Shown: in pieces, positions 13,545-26,267 of the stretch
Layout: every line of letters begins with the position of its first letter
Position numbering within the stretch: the stretch's first letter is position 1
Source of the DNA: Mobula hypostoma
Lineage: Eukaryota
Direction of reading: 5' to 3'
Length of the DNA stretch: 64,000 bases
NCBI RefSeq assembly: GCF_963921235.1
Contig: NC_086097.1
Coordinates: 145,392,001 to 145,456,000, forward strand
Notes under the pieces: model-generated
Databases searched by the model: none
Told to the model about the DNA's origin: nothing
Seen by the model: only the letters and a program-made list of their open reading frames with translations
Position numbers and translations under genes: made by a program

Positions 13545-14168
13545 TGCAATAGACAATAGACAATAGGTGCAGGAGTAGGCCATTTGGCCCTTCGAGCCAG
13601 CACCGCCATTCACTGTGATCATGGCTGATCATCCACAATCAGTATCCAGTTCCTGCCTTATCCCCATAACCTTTGATTCCCTCAATAGCAAGAATATCCT
13701 TCCTCAAATTTGGAGACCAAAACTGCACACAATACTCCAGGTGTGGTCTCACCAGGACCCTGCACAGCTGCAGAAGGACCTCTTTATACTTTTGCTCTTA
13801 TACTCAATTCCCCTTGTTATGAAGGCCAGCATGCCATTAGCTTTCTTCACTGCCTGCTGTACCTGCATGCTTGCTTTCAGTGACTGATGTACAAGAACAC
13901 CTAGATTGTGTTGTACTTCCCCTTTTCCTAACTTGACTCCATTTAGATAAAAATCTGCCTTCCTGTTCTTACCACCAAAGTGGATAACCTCACATTTATC
14001 CACATTAAACTGCATCTGCCATGCATTTGCCCACTCACCCAGCCTGTCCAAGTCACCCTGCATTCTCATAACATCCTCCTCACATTTCACACTGCCACCC
14101 AGCTTTGTGTCATCTGCAAATTTGCTAATGTTACTTTTAATCCCTTCATCTAAATCATTAATGTACAT
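13545..14168 (-). mobile_element. CR1 LINE RT fragment with 3' tail
   Basis: YINDLDEGIKSNISKFADDTKLGG...WQMQFNVDKC; (TCTATTG)n-type tail at the left end. Confidence 0.9.
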
Positions 14169-14678
14169 GCAGCTGTCTGTAGCAGCCGGAGAAATGCCAA
14201 GATTCCCATCAGATTCTGGGAAAGCATTCTACTGGCAAGGAGGAGATGTTGAACAAAGAAGCACAGTTAAAGGAGGAGATTGTCTCTCTTTGCACAGTTA
14301 AGGGAGGCAACCCGGTCAGTGTCAATTGAGAACATAGCTGAAATAGCTTTGCTGCTCTGCTAACTGTTCCACTGTAAAGCACCACCCTTTGAGCTATCCA
14401 GAGAACAGAGCAAGTGAATGGGGATGTTTTGGAAAATGAGATCTTGTTGAAAAGGTAATCTGATAAATTACAAAAGCTCAGTCCAACACTGGTAGTTAGA
14501 GAGACAAATAGTTGAAATAACTGTGGAATGGCGCCAGCAGGAATCTGAAGAAGTTTGAGAGAAACATAGTCATCTGGCTAAGGATTAGAATTACAGCTGC
14601 ATAGATAGCAATAAGTAATGAAGCGATGTTTGAAAGGTATGCAAAGAAATGTATAAAAAGCTGCCTTACAAGATAATG

Positions 14679-14879
14679 CAAACAACAGGAATTCTGCAGA
14701 TGCTGGAAATTCAAGCAACACACATCAAAGTTGCTGGTGAACGCAGCAGGCCAGGCAGCATCTCTAGGAAGAGGTACAGTCGACATTTCAGGCCGAAGGG
14801 TCTTGGCCTAAAACGTCGACTGTACCTCTTCCTAGAGATGCTGCCTGGCCTGCTGCGTTCACCAGCAACTTTGATGTGT
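14679..14879. mobile_element. Foldback Penelope-derived short element
   Basis: ~75-bp near-perfect inverted arms; 14-bp TSD CTTACAAGATAATG at 14665-14678 and 14880-14893. Confidence 0.8.
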
Positions 14880-15061
14880 CTTACAAGATAATGAGTGGCA
14901 TTGACTCCAGAGACCAACAGCTAAAAGAGAAAGCAACACAGACAAAATGCTGGAGGAACTCAGCAGGCCAGGCAGCATCAATGGAAAAGAGTAAAGAGTC
15001 AATGTTTTAGGCTGGGGCCCTTCATGTGGAGTTCTTACTCTGACTTCTCATCTTTTTTTCC

Positions 15062-15099
15062 CAGTTCTGATGAAGTGTCTCAGCCTGAAATGTCAACTG
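15062..15099 (+). ncRNA. Minimal type-I hammerhead motif in Penelope-derived repeat
   Basis: CAGTT-CTGATGA-agtgtctcagcct-GAAAT-GTC-AACTG: stem I is perfect, stem II imperfect. Confidence 0.5.
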
Positions 15100-15559
15100 C
15101 TTACTCTTTTCCATAGATGCTTCCTGGCCTGCTGAGTTCCTTCAGCATTTTGTGTGTGTTGCTTGCATTTCCAGCCTCTTCAGATTTTCTCATCTTTGTG
15201 GAGCTAAGATCAAAGGAAAGTAAACTGAACAGTTGTACAGTTAATGAGTTGTGAATCTAAATATTTAATGAATCCTACATGGTGAATATTTCAGTTGTTT
15301 CAATTTGGAGAAGTGCACAGATGCAGTAATTCGTCATTGCACAATGCCACTGAGAAGATGTTAAAAGCCAGGAGTTTCTTTCAGCAGGAGATTCGACTGG
15401 GAGAAGTGCTCAGTCACAGTAGCTAGTCATCTCGCAAGACTGGTGAGAAGAATTTAAAAGCGCGGAGTTTCCTTCAGCAAGAGATTTCATTGGGAGAAGT
15501 GGGCAGACCCAGTAGCTCGTCGTCATGCAAGGCCACTGAGAAGGTTCCAGGATAAAAGG

Positions 15560-17625
15560 GTGACACTGCTTAGCAGCGAGGTCATCAGAGTAACATGAGT
15601 CAGAGTGGTAGGGCTTTGGCTTATTGGAGCTTCAGCAAGGATGGGCGTAGGCGAGGCAAGAAGGTAAATTACTTTCATATCTCTTTCTTCCTCTAACTTA
15701 AGAATAGTGGGTATGACTGCAAGGCCAGTTTTTCTGCTCTGGGTGTCAGATGTGCGAAATCCGGGAGATCTCCAGCCTCCCTGATGGCTGCATCTGCACC
15801 AAGTGCATTGAACTGCAGCTCCTTAGAAAATGAGTTAGAGAACTAGAGCTGCAGATCGATGACCTTTGGTTTGTTAGGGAAAGTGAGGTGGTGATTGATA
15901 GGAACTACAGGCAGGTCACACCAGGGCTATAGGAGACAGGTAAGCAGGTGATTGTCAGAAGAGGGAAGGGAGAGCATCTGGTAGTGGAGTGCACCCCTGT
16001 GGCTGTTCGCCTTAAAAATAAGTAATCCATTTTGAGTACTGTTGGGGGCAGGGGGGAGATGACCTACCTGAGGGGAACAACAGTGGCCATGCTTCTGTCA
16101 CTGAACCTGGCCTTCTGGCTCAGAAGGGTAGGGAACGGAAGAGGATGGCAGCAGTATTACTTAATTAGGGTAGGAGGAAATATGATGCTATTAGGTAGAA
16201 ACTTGGGAGCAGAGGTTCTCAGGGAAATGCATGGCAGAAATGCGGCAAATGTTCAGGGAACATTTATATGGCGTTCTGCTTAGGTATGTTCCATTGAGCC
16301 AGGGAAAGGATGGTAGGGTAAAAGAACCATGGTGTACAAAGGATTTAGTTAAGAAGAAAAGCTTACGGAAGGTTCAAGCAACTAGGTACTGACGGAGTTC
16401 TAGAAAATTACAAGGTTGCCAGGAAGGAGTTTAAGAATGAAATTAGGAGAGCTAGAAGGGGCCATGAGAAGGCCTTGGCAAGCAGGATTAAGGAAAATCC
16501 CAAGGTATTCTACAGGTATGTGAAGAGCAAAAGCATGAGCTGTGTGAGAATTGGATCAGGTGTGATGGTGGAAACGTATGCATGGAGTTGGATCCTGATT
16601 GAAATCTTTGAGGAAATAGCAAAACACATTGATGAAGGTAGAGCAGTGGATGTAGTGTATATGGATTTCAGTAAGACATTTGATAAGGTTCCCCATGCAA
16701 GGCTCCTTCAGAAAGTAAGGAGGCATGGGATCCAAGGAGACCTTGCTTTGTGGATCCAGAATTGGCTTGCCCACAGAAAGCAAGGGGTGGTTGTAGATGG
16801 TTTGTATTCTGCATGGAGGTTGGTGACCAGTGGTGTTCCACAGGGATCTGTTCTGGGACCCCTCTTCTTTGTGATTTTTATAAATGACGTGGATGAAGAA
16901 GTAGAAAGGTGGGTTAGTAAGTTTGCTGATGACACGAAAATTGGGGGTGACGTGGATAGTCTGGAGGGTTGTGAGGGGTTACAGCAGGACATTGATAGGA
17001 TGCAGAACTGGGCTGAGAAGTGGCAGATGGAGTTCAACCCAGATAAGTATGAAGTGGTTCATTTTGGTAGGTCAAATTTAAAGACAGAATATAATATTAA
17101 TGGTAAGACCTTTGGCAGTGTGGAGGATCAGAGAGATCTTGGAGTCCATGTCCATTCAAAGCTGCTGCTCAGGTTGACAGTGTTATTAGGAAGGCATATG
17201 GTGTGTTGGCAGTCATCAACCATGGGACTGAGTTCAAGAGCCGTGAGGTAATGTTAAAGCTATGTTACCTTGATCAGATCCCACTTGGTGCTCAGTTCTG
17301 GTCACCAAAGGATGTAGATACCATAGAGAGAGTACAGAAGAGATCTGCAAGAAAGTTGCCTTGATTGGAGGGTGTACCTTATGAGAATAGGTTGAGTGAA
17401 TTTGGCTTTTTCTCCTTGGAGCAATGGAGGATGAAAGGTGACCTGATAGAGGTGTATAAGGCGATGAGAGGCATTGATTGTGTGAATAACCAGTGGCTTT
17501 TACCCAGGGCTGAAATGGCTAATGCAAGGGGGCATATTTTTGAGGTGCTTGGAAGTAGGTAGAGACAGGATGTCAGGGATACGTTTTTCACAGAGAGAGT
17601 GGTGGGTGTTTGGTTTGCACTGATA
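15560..17625 (+). mobile_element. CR1 LINE, internally deleted (ORF1 remnant + RT)
   Basis: ORF 16475-17251 with YMDFSKTFDKVPH, SGVPQGSVLGP, KFADDTKIGG; ORF1 CxxC remnant upstream. Confidence 0.88.
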
Positions 17626-17629
17626 TATA

Positions 17630-18155
17630 TTCGTGGTATCTCTGTGTCTGACCAACATGTTATTGCATTTGTTACACTGATAGCTAGGAGGGCCATTTTG
17701 TTGAAGTGGAAGGATACATCAGCTCCCACGTTGTCACAATGGTTCTCTCAAGTGATGCTATGTCTTAGTTTGGAGAAAATTAGCAGTCGAACCTTTGAAC
17801 CTTTATTTGATTTTGAGAAAAGATGGGGTTCATTTGCTCGTTATTATCATTTGAGTTAATTGATAGATTTTCTCCACGATCTAATTGTAAATTTTTGGGT
17901 TTTTTTTCTTGCTGGCGGTTTGATGTTTATCTTTAGAAGCTGTTTGTATGATGCATGGCTCCGGGGTTGAACACCTAATGGGGTCTTTTCCCCACTTTTT
18001 CTTGCTTAGTAGGGTTTTTTTATTATCACCAAAATTTTTCAATCTTTAAAATAATGTTTTTTCCTTGAGACATTGTAAGTGTTGCTTACTTCAATATGCT
18101 CGTGTTATTTTTGAATAATATAATAATAATAAAAAGATTTGAAAAGAAAAAAAAA
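17630..18155 (+). mobile_element. 5'-truncated L1/Tx1 3' end, same family as 26268-32697
   Basis: QHVIAFVTLIARRAILLKWKDTSAPTLSQWFSQVMLCLSLEK is nearly identical to the end of ORF 31837-32274; AATAAA and A-rich tail. Confidence 0.85.
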
Positions 18156-19355
18156 GATTAACAATGCACAGTGAAGTTGAGGCAAGAGACAGTCATACAC
18201 GGCTGTACAACTGAATGAATTGCAAGGTGCCACACCATCAGTCCACTCAAGTCTGTTTTTCAGTCTCATGGCTACAGCTGTCTAGACACCTTTTGGCCAT
18301 CAGCTCACTTCTTCAATGCCTGCTTCACTTGCTGACCCATTTTCAGAAAGATATATGCTTGGCCTTTACAGTCAACACTGTAAATCTACGATTTTCAAAG
18401 AACATAAAAGCATAGGAAGTGAAGCAGAAAGTGCCCATTCCACTCCTCTTGCCTGCTCTGTCACTTCATAAGATCATGTCCAAATTTTACTTTACTACTA
18501 CTTTCCTGCACAATTCCCTTGATTCAAATAATATCTAAAAAGAAATCAATTCCTCAGTGGTCTCCTTATATCAGACTTGCTATACTCCAATTCTAGTGCA
18601 TCATGTTCCAATTCACAATCTGCAGCTTCACTGCAGCCTTGCACTCTGTATTATCTGATCTTTTCTCACCATCCTGTCTCAACATCTGCATGCTTTGATC
18701 AAATAGCTGGCTTATTTCCTTCCAGGTCAGCGTGCTGAGCTTTTGCTTTCTGCCCGATCTATATGCTCCTTATGAGAAGGACCGTCACCAAACTTTATCA
18801 ACATTAGAGCTAGGTCAATACTATCTAGACTTTGATATTACCTTACCCTATAGCCAGAGCTACCTATATTCACTACACACTGACCTTGGCTTATGTTTTT
18901 CCTCATTGGTAAAAGTTTTCCAGTAGAGAAATCACACATCAATCATTTATTCCTTGCTTCCCATCACTGAGCCAATTCTGAGTCCAATTTGTCACCCTCC
19001 ATTGGATCCCATTTTTGGACCAGCCAGAGGGAACTTGGCAAAGGCCTTGTCAAATCCATAGAGATTCTTCTTGTTATTTTCCTAAAAAAAAAATCTGTTC
19101 ACTACAAGCTAAACACAGTCATTTGCAAAGCCTGAACAATTGCTCAATTTAAATACAATTTTTATTTGAAGTAAGCATTATGGAAAAATTTGGAAGAATT
19201 TTCAAAGATGAAATTATTTTACTCAAGGGTCATCACTCTTTCCATCTTCTTTCTTGGGACTTCCCCTTTCCAAATAGGTATCACAAAGGAATTGAACTTT
19301 TTTCATGTAGAATAAACTGTTCCAAGCCAAGATCCAAATGTGGATCTGGAAAATG

Positions 19356-19394
19356 TTAAGGATGATTTACTTGCCTTGCCAATACAGGCATGTC
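19356..19394 (-). CDS. Candidate micro-exon or alternative terminal exon of the cathelicidin-like gene
   Basis: Strong acceptor ttttttgtgtttcatattgcag|. Reads DMPVLARQ then a possible donor CAA|gtaaat (24 nt, phase 0-0), or reads through as DMPVLARQVNHP* with AATAAA at 19166-19161. Confidence 0.35.
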   Translation of the reverse strand, partial: DMPVLARQVNHP

Positions 19395-20404
19395 CTGCAA
19401 TATGAAACACAAAAAAATGCATTTAAATGTTCTTAAAGCAAAGGAATTACAATGTGCAAATAACTGATCTACTGACTAGAATGTTGACAACATCTAAACC
19501 CGGCACTGTGTGTTACATTAAATGACTTCAGCATCCAGCCAGCACTAACTGCACTGCTCACTGTAAGGACATTGAAAGAAGACAATATTATAGTCTCTAA
19601 CTCCAGTTAAATCTATTAATCACCATTTTATTTTTTCCATGGAAACTTACTGCAGTAATTTGATTTCTTTTCCTTCCAGATGCTGCCTGTGCTTCAGATT
19701 GTTCCCGTATTCTATTTACTTCAGCATTCTTGCATGTGCAGTGCCTTATATCTCCTTATATCAGGATCAGCCTTCTTTTCTTTTTCCTCTTTTTTCACTC
19801 ATCTCCCTTTACTTAATCTCTAGCGAGAAACTGTATGTTGTTTTATTCACCAGTTGTATTGTTCACTTTTTCAGAATCTCCATGTCATTACAGATACTCC
19901 CCTTTTTCTCTCCACCCCACTCTTTCTCTGCAACCTGAATTCTGTTTTTCCTGGTTCTAATGAAAGGTCTTCAACCTGAATTGTTAACTGAATTGTTAAT
20001 TGTTAATCGCCAACAGGCTCTGGGATAGCTTCTTCCCCCAGGCCATCAGACTGCTTAACTCATGCTGACACAACTGTATTTCTATGTTATGTTGACTGTC
20101 TTATTGTACATATTATTTATTATAAATTACTATAAATTATACATTGCACATTTAGACAGAGATGTAATGTAAATATTTTTACTCCTCATGAATATGAAGG
20201 ACATAAGTAATAAAGTTAATTCAATTCAGTTCCATTTTCTCTTGGCAGATGTTGATTCACCTGATGGCTATTTCTAACATTTTCTGTTAATAGTCCAGTT
20301 AAGATAAGTGGCATTACATAAAAGAGAAGACACACTGTGGCTGTTCAGATATTAGCAATCATAGAAAATAAGGCCGCAGGGGGTCGTAGACTCAGACAGT
20401 TATA

Positions 20405-20934
20405 CAGACATCCCACCTTTCTCGGAAGTTCTGGGAGTCTCCCGCATATTAATAGTGGCTCCCTGATGCCCCCAAATTATATACAATATCCCGGAAATCA
20501 ATTTTTTTGAGAGCGAGCGAAAGAGACAGCAAGAGAGAGTGTGAGAGAGAGTGAGCGCATGCGCGAGAGAGAGAGAGCGCGCACTTTGGCAGAGTGTTCC
20601 AAAAAAAAAGAAAATATAAAACGTACGCCACTCCAGACTACCTTAAAGTGTACCCCTGCCTAATAGGGGTAAAAAATAATGACAGTATTGCTCGCTGCAC
20701 TGTTTGCAACAGTGACTTTTCTATTGCCCATGGTGGGTTAAGACTGTAAAAAGTATGTTGAGGTGAGTTTAACAGGTGTCATTTGTTCATTAGCATAGCT
20801 AATTAAACTAGCTGGCTAGCTGCTAAGGAGCTACTCTGTTGCAGACATCCAACCTTTCCCGGAAGTTCTGGGAGTCTCCCGCAAATTGATGGTGCTACCT
20901 CCCTGAAATGAGTTTTTGCAGGGTGGGATGTCTG
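20405..20934 (+). mobile_element. Non-autonomous hAT-like DNA transposon, copy 2
   Basis: Same sequence family as 3185-3700; TIRs CAGACATCCCACC/GGTGGGATGTCTG; 6-bp TSD GTTATA. Confidence 0.85.
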
Positions 20935-22199
20935 GTTATATGACAGGCACAACTCCCCCCACCATCATTAAGAGGTGGTGCCTCCAGAAGGTAGAATCTA
21001 TTACTAAGGACCCCCACCATCCCGGACATGCTCTCTTCCCATTAGTATCATCAAGGAGGAGGAACGTGAGCCTAACACTCAGCCATTCAAAAACAGCCCC
21101 TCTGCCATCAGATACCTGAGTGCTCCAGAAACCCATGAACACTACCTTTTTATCACATTGTTTAATTTTGTAATTTATAATCATTTTTATGTTTTTTTTC
21201 ACTGTACCCCTGCAGCAAAACAACAAATTTCTCATCACGTTAGTTATTATATCTGATTCTGGTAGACAATGAGAAATGACACATTTTGGGAGAGAGTGGG
21301 ACACAAAATATGTTAGATACTGCAGTAGAGGTCTTGATTGAGGAGGCAGAAATAAGAAAGAATCTTGTTTCCGCAGGGAATGGCGGGGGGGCCGTATTTC
21401 CTCCAGAACATGAAAGCCAGTAAAAACAAATACGCATGGTAATAAATGCTAGCAAGCAATTCCAAGTGCTAAAAGTAGCTCCATGCCCTCAAATAAGGAA
21501 ACACACATTGTTGCATGTGCAGTCACTGCAACAGCTGATTTTACTCTAAAATCAAAAACTGAGCTTATGAAAGGTCACAGACCTGATGTCTGTTTCTCTC
21601 GCTGCTAAATAGTAAAGTGCAAGATCATAATGAGGTAGGTCGTGAGGCCAAGTGTCCAGCTTATCATACACGAGGTCCATTCGAGAGTCTGGTAAGAGTG
21701 GGATAGAAGTTGCTTTTGAACCCGGTGGTACATACTTCCAGGCTTTTGAATCTACTGCCCGATGGAAAAGGGGAGATGGACGAAAGTCCTGAGTGGGTGT
21801 CATTCTTAACTCTGCTGGCTGTTCTACTGAAGCAGCGCGAAGTACAGAGAGAGTCCATAGACGGGAAGCTGGTTCCCGTGATGTACTGAGCTATGTTCAC
21901 AGCTCTGCCGTTTCTTGCAGATCATGTGTAGAGTAATTACCATACCATGCCATTATGCATCCAGTCAGAATGCTTTCTATAGCACATCAATAAAAATTGT
22001 TAAGGGTCAACAGGGACATGCCAGATTAGTTTAGTATCCTGAGCAAATCCAGATGTTGGTGACCAGGCCAGGCTATTGCTGATGTTCACTTCAAGGAGTT
22101 TGAATCTCTTAACCCTCTCAAACTCAACACCATTGATGTAAACAGGAGCATGTGCACCAACTCCTTTTTGAAGTTAATGACAAGTTCTTTTGGTTAGGT

Positions 22200-23940
22200 G
22201 ACATTTATTATCCTGTTGTTGGTGGTGCACAAGAAGAACGTGGTAACCTGCCTCAAAGACTACTGTCTAGTAGCATTTACTGCATATCCACTGTGATGAA
22301 ATACATTGAGAGGTTGGTCCTGAAATTTATCAACCCCTGCCTGCGGATCGATTTTGATCTGCTCCAAGTTGCCTACCATTGCAACAGGTCAATAGCAGAT
22401 ACCATTTCATTGGCTCTTCACTCAACCCTGGAACATCTGGGCAGTGAGGATGCATACATCAAGGTGCATTTCATTGGCTCTTCACTCAACCCTGGAATAT
22501 CTGGACAGTGAAGATGCATACATCAAGGTGCATTTCATTGACTGCAGCTCTGCATTCAACATCATCATTCCCTCAAAACTAATCAATAAGCTCCAAGATC
22601 TAGGCCTCAATACCTCCTTATGTAACTGGTCACACATCAAAGTTGCTGGTGAATGCAGCAGGCCAGGCAGCATCTCTAGGAAGAGGTACAGTTAACATTT
22701 TGGGCCGAGACCCTTCGTCAGGACTGCGTTCACCAGCAACTTTGATGTGTGTTGCTTGAATTTCCAGCATCTGCAGAATTCCTCATGTTTACGTTGTGTA
22801 ACTGGTCCGCAATTTCCTCACTTGTAGACCCTAGTCAGTTTGGATTAGCAACAATATCTCCTCCACAATCACCATCAGCACAGGTGCACCTCAAGGTTAT
22901 GTGCTTAACCCCCCTGCTCTACTCGCTTTACACTTATGATTGTGAGGCGAAGTACAACTGCAATGCCATGTTCAAGTTTGCTGATAACACCATTTTTGTT
23001 AGCCGAATCAAAGGTGGTGAAGAATCAGCATCCAGAAGGGAAATTGAAAATCTGGCTGAGTTGTGCCACTAAAACAACATCAGCAGAACCAAAGAGATGA
23101 TTATTGACATCAGGTGGAGAAAACCGGAGGCCCATGAGCCAGTCCTCATTGGAGGATCAAAGGAGGAAAGGATTATAACTATAAATTATCATTTCAGTGG
23201 ATCTGCCCTGGGCCCAGCACACACTGTAAATGCCATTACAAAGAAGGCATAGCAGCACCTCTACTTCCTTACAAGTTTGCAAAGATTCAACATGTCATCT
23301 ACAACTTTGACAAACCTTTATAGATGCACGGTGGAAAGTATGCCAACTGGTTGCATCATGGGCTGGTATGGAAACACCAATGGCTTTGAATAGTAAAGCT
23401 TACAAAAAGTAGTAGATACAGCCTAATCCATCACCGGTAAACCGCTCCCCACCACTGAGCACATCTACAAGGAGCACTGTCACAGGAAAGGAGCATCCAT
23501 TATCAACGACCTCCACGATGCAGGTCATGCTCTATTCTTGCTGCGACCATCAGGAAGGAGGCACAGGAGCCTTAGGTCCCACACCACCAGCTCCAGGAAC
23601 AGTTATTACCCCTCAACCATTGGGCTCCAGAACCGGGGTGGATAACTTCACTCACCCCAACACTGAACTAATTTCACATCTATGGACTCAATTTTAAGAA
23701 TTCTACAACTCATGTTCTCAATATTTATTGTTTATTTAATTATTATTGTTTTGTATTTTTTTGTATTGGCACAATTTGTTGCCTTTTGCACATTGGTTGT
23801 CTTTGTATGCAGCTTTTCGTTGATTCTATTGTGTTTCTCTGTATTTACTGTGAATGCCTGCAAGAAAATGAATGCTAGGGTAGCATACGGTGACATATAT
23901 GTAGTTCGATATCAAATCTACTTTTTACTTTAAACTTTGA
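22200..23940 (+). mobile_element. Rex1/Babar-type LINE RT 3' half with a 64-bp tandem duplication and a nested foldback insertion
   Basis: STVMKYIERLV, LQVAY..NRS..D.I.LALH, SAFN.I.P.KL, FKFADN; 64-bp duplication at 22405/22469. Confidence 0.8.
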
Positions 23941-25097
23941 ACATTGAGAGAATACTTATTGTCACCAAACTCATGATCTCCCTGTACTCCAAATCATTGT
24001 TATTTAAATGTGGCCCTTTAAGGTTGTAGCATCTGCAAACTTGTTAGTGGAGTTACAGCAGTATCTGGTCACGCAGGCTTGAGTGTACAGGGAGTAGATT
24101 AGGAGGCTGAGAATGGCACCTTGTGGGGCACCAATGTTTCAAATAATCATGGTGGAGGTGTTGCTATCTGTCTTCACTGATTGTAGTCTCTTGGTCAGGA
24201 AGTCAAGCCAAGCTGAGATATACTGTACTTCTTTCTGCTGATGCTGCCTGACTTTTTAAGTGTTGGCATTCATGCAGATTTCATGGCAAATGGAAATCCA
24301 AACCAAAACTGTAGATGCTGGAAATATGAAAAAAAAGTATTGCTGGAAACTCTCAACAGGTGAGGCAGCATCAGTGAAAGAGAAGTTAATGTTTAAAGTC
24401 AAAGGCCCTTCATCAGAACTTAGAAATATAACTTGCGGGGTTTTTAACGTGAAATATCGACTCTGTTTCTCCTTCCATCGATGTTACCTGACCTGCTGTG
24501 TATTGCCAGCATCTTAAATTTCTTTTTCAGCTTTCTCAATACCTTGTTTTCATTTTTCTTCTGTTTATTATCGAAAACAATGATTCAGGGACAGATATTA
24601 ACCAAGGTATCAAGGAAACATCCTGTATTCTTCTTGTCAATATTATTATGTTATCTTTTAACTCCAGCTGAGAAGACAGCTGCAGTTAGTCATACATGAA
24701 AGGTGGCATCTTCCATAGTTTAGGGCCCCTTGGTGCAACATTAGACTATCAGCTTTAGGTTTGTGTTCAGGACTCTTGAGCTGATCACAAACCCATACTC
24801 CTACTATTCAACGATGAGTGTACGACCAATGATAATGGGTCCTTGGAAGAGTTGGTGGGCCTGGTCCTTGAATGTCTGACAACTGGCATGTTACACTTTT
24901 CTTCCTTGAATTATGAAATGCATTTCATAGCCAGTTAAAAATCCATTGTTAAGCTGAATTATTTTTCTCTGAATTGCAACAATGCCCTTACTTCAAAACT
25001 ACTTCATTGTTGGTGGAGTACATCATGGTTTCCTGAAGGTGTGAAAAGTGCCATAAAATGCAAATTTTCTTTCTCTTCATTGATGTATTTATCTTAC

Positions 25098-25184
25098 CTG
25101 AAAAGATTTGCAACGGACAGTCTGGAATCTAAGGTACGTGGTGGGAAGTTTTTCAAGAGCCTTTACAGTACATGACTTCTTATT
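25098..25184 (-). CDS. Cathelicidin-like protein, coding exon 3 (Cys3-Cys4)
   Basis: Acceptor ttttctccacaccag|, 87 nt, phase 0-0, NKKSCTVKALEKLPTTYLRFQTVRCKSFQ, donor CAG|gtaaga. In frame with exon 2 and supplies the second disulfide pair. Confidence 0.85.
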
Positions 25185-26068
25185 CTGGTGTGGAGAAAAT
25201 TAAAGCATTATATTACCTTAACAGATTTCTCTAAGTGGCTGAAATTATTTTTACAATGCAAGCTAAAATGTAGTAAGGAGTAGGCAATGGCTAAGTGCAT
25301 AACAAGACAGCCCAGCATCCTACAAGAACATGAACCAAATACTTGCTCTTATTCTACATTCTTAGCCGTATTAATATGTTTCAGCTCACCTCCATCAAGA
25401 TTGGAGATAAAATTGTCCAAGATTCCTCTCCAAATATTATTCAGTTAACTAAGTCACAGTTTTGTTTTATGATGTTATTTCTAATCAAATTTTGGTGACC
25501 ATGCAATTATCTTTTTTCTGTTTTCAAACTGTGGAAGTTTATTGTCTATCTCTACTGTCATGAGATGAAGTGTGTGACATTTTCAATTCCTGAGCTCTTT
25601 AGTCATGTACTACTACTTTGCTGTGATGGAAGAGCTTGCTAGAACTTGGGCCCAACACAGGTGAAGGATGATAAATGATGATATATGTGCAAATCAGAAT
25701 AGTGTGTATGTTGGAGAGGAACTTCAGGCTAAAGGTGTTCCGTGAACATGCTAATTTTATTTTTCTAGATGTTATGTGACAGGACTGGAATGTGTTGTCA
25801 AAGAACTATGGCGAATTGCTTCACTGCTTCCTGAGATTGCATACACTACAGAACAGGAACAGGCACAGATGTAAAAGCTCAAGTAACCAGAAAATTGGAG
25901 ACACACGTGCAGAATGTATGGAGGTATGGAGGCAAACGCCCCTTTATATTTGACTTAACCAGGGCTAAGCTTCACAAGAAGTTTATTAAATTTAAATACC
26001 CATCACAATTTTATGATTGGAGGTAGATAATCTAAAAAAACTTGGAAGACTGTAACAAATGCATTTAC

Positions 26069-26179
26069 CCCACCATTCACGAAAGAACAATCAGTTGCAT
26101 CATAGCTTGTCCCATTATGATTACAGACCGTCTCCTGTATAAGGAAGCTAACATCATAGACACGCAATTGAGGTCCATT
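26069..26179 (-). CDS. Cathelicidin-like protein, coding exon 2 (cathelin core, Cys1-Cys2)
   Basis: Acceptor tttcatttcatctgcag|, 111 nt, phase 0-0, NGPQLRVYDVSFLIQETVCNHNGTSYDATDCSFVNGG, donor GGG|gtaaat. Matches the cathelin motif VSFTVKETVC...EDCDFKKDG. Confidence 0.9.
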
Positions 26180-26267
26180 CTGCAGATGAAATGAAACAAG
26201 CAAAAAATTACTCTAAGTAACAGTTAGTGCATCAGGATAGGTTCAGAAAAGATCACTATAAAACCTG

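Noticed and set aside
14649..14917. Near-identical ORFs on both strands ([20 protein letters not shown])
   Set aside because: Artefact of a foldback repeat; not coding.
24785..24904. Alternative last-exon candidate EEKCNMPVVRHSRTRPTNSSKDPLSLVVHSSLNSRSMGL* just downstream of exon 3
   Set aside because: Weak AAG acceptor, no clear R-X-K/R-R processing site and less convincing poly(A) context than the 12823 or 19394 candidates; not fully excluded.
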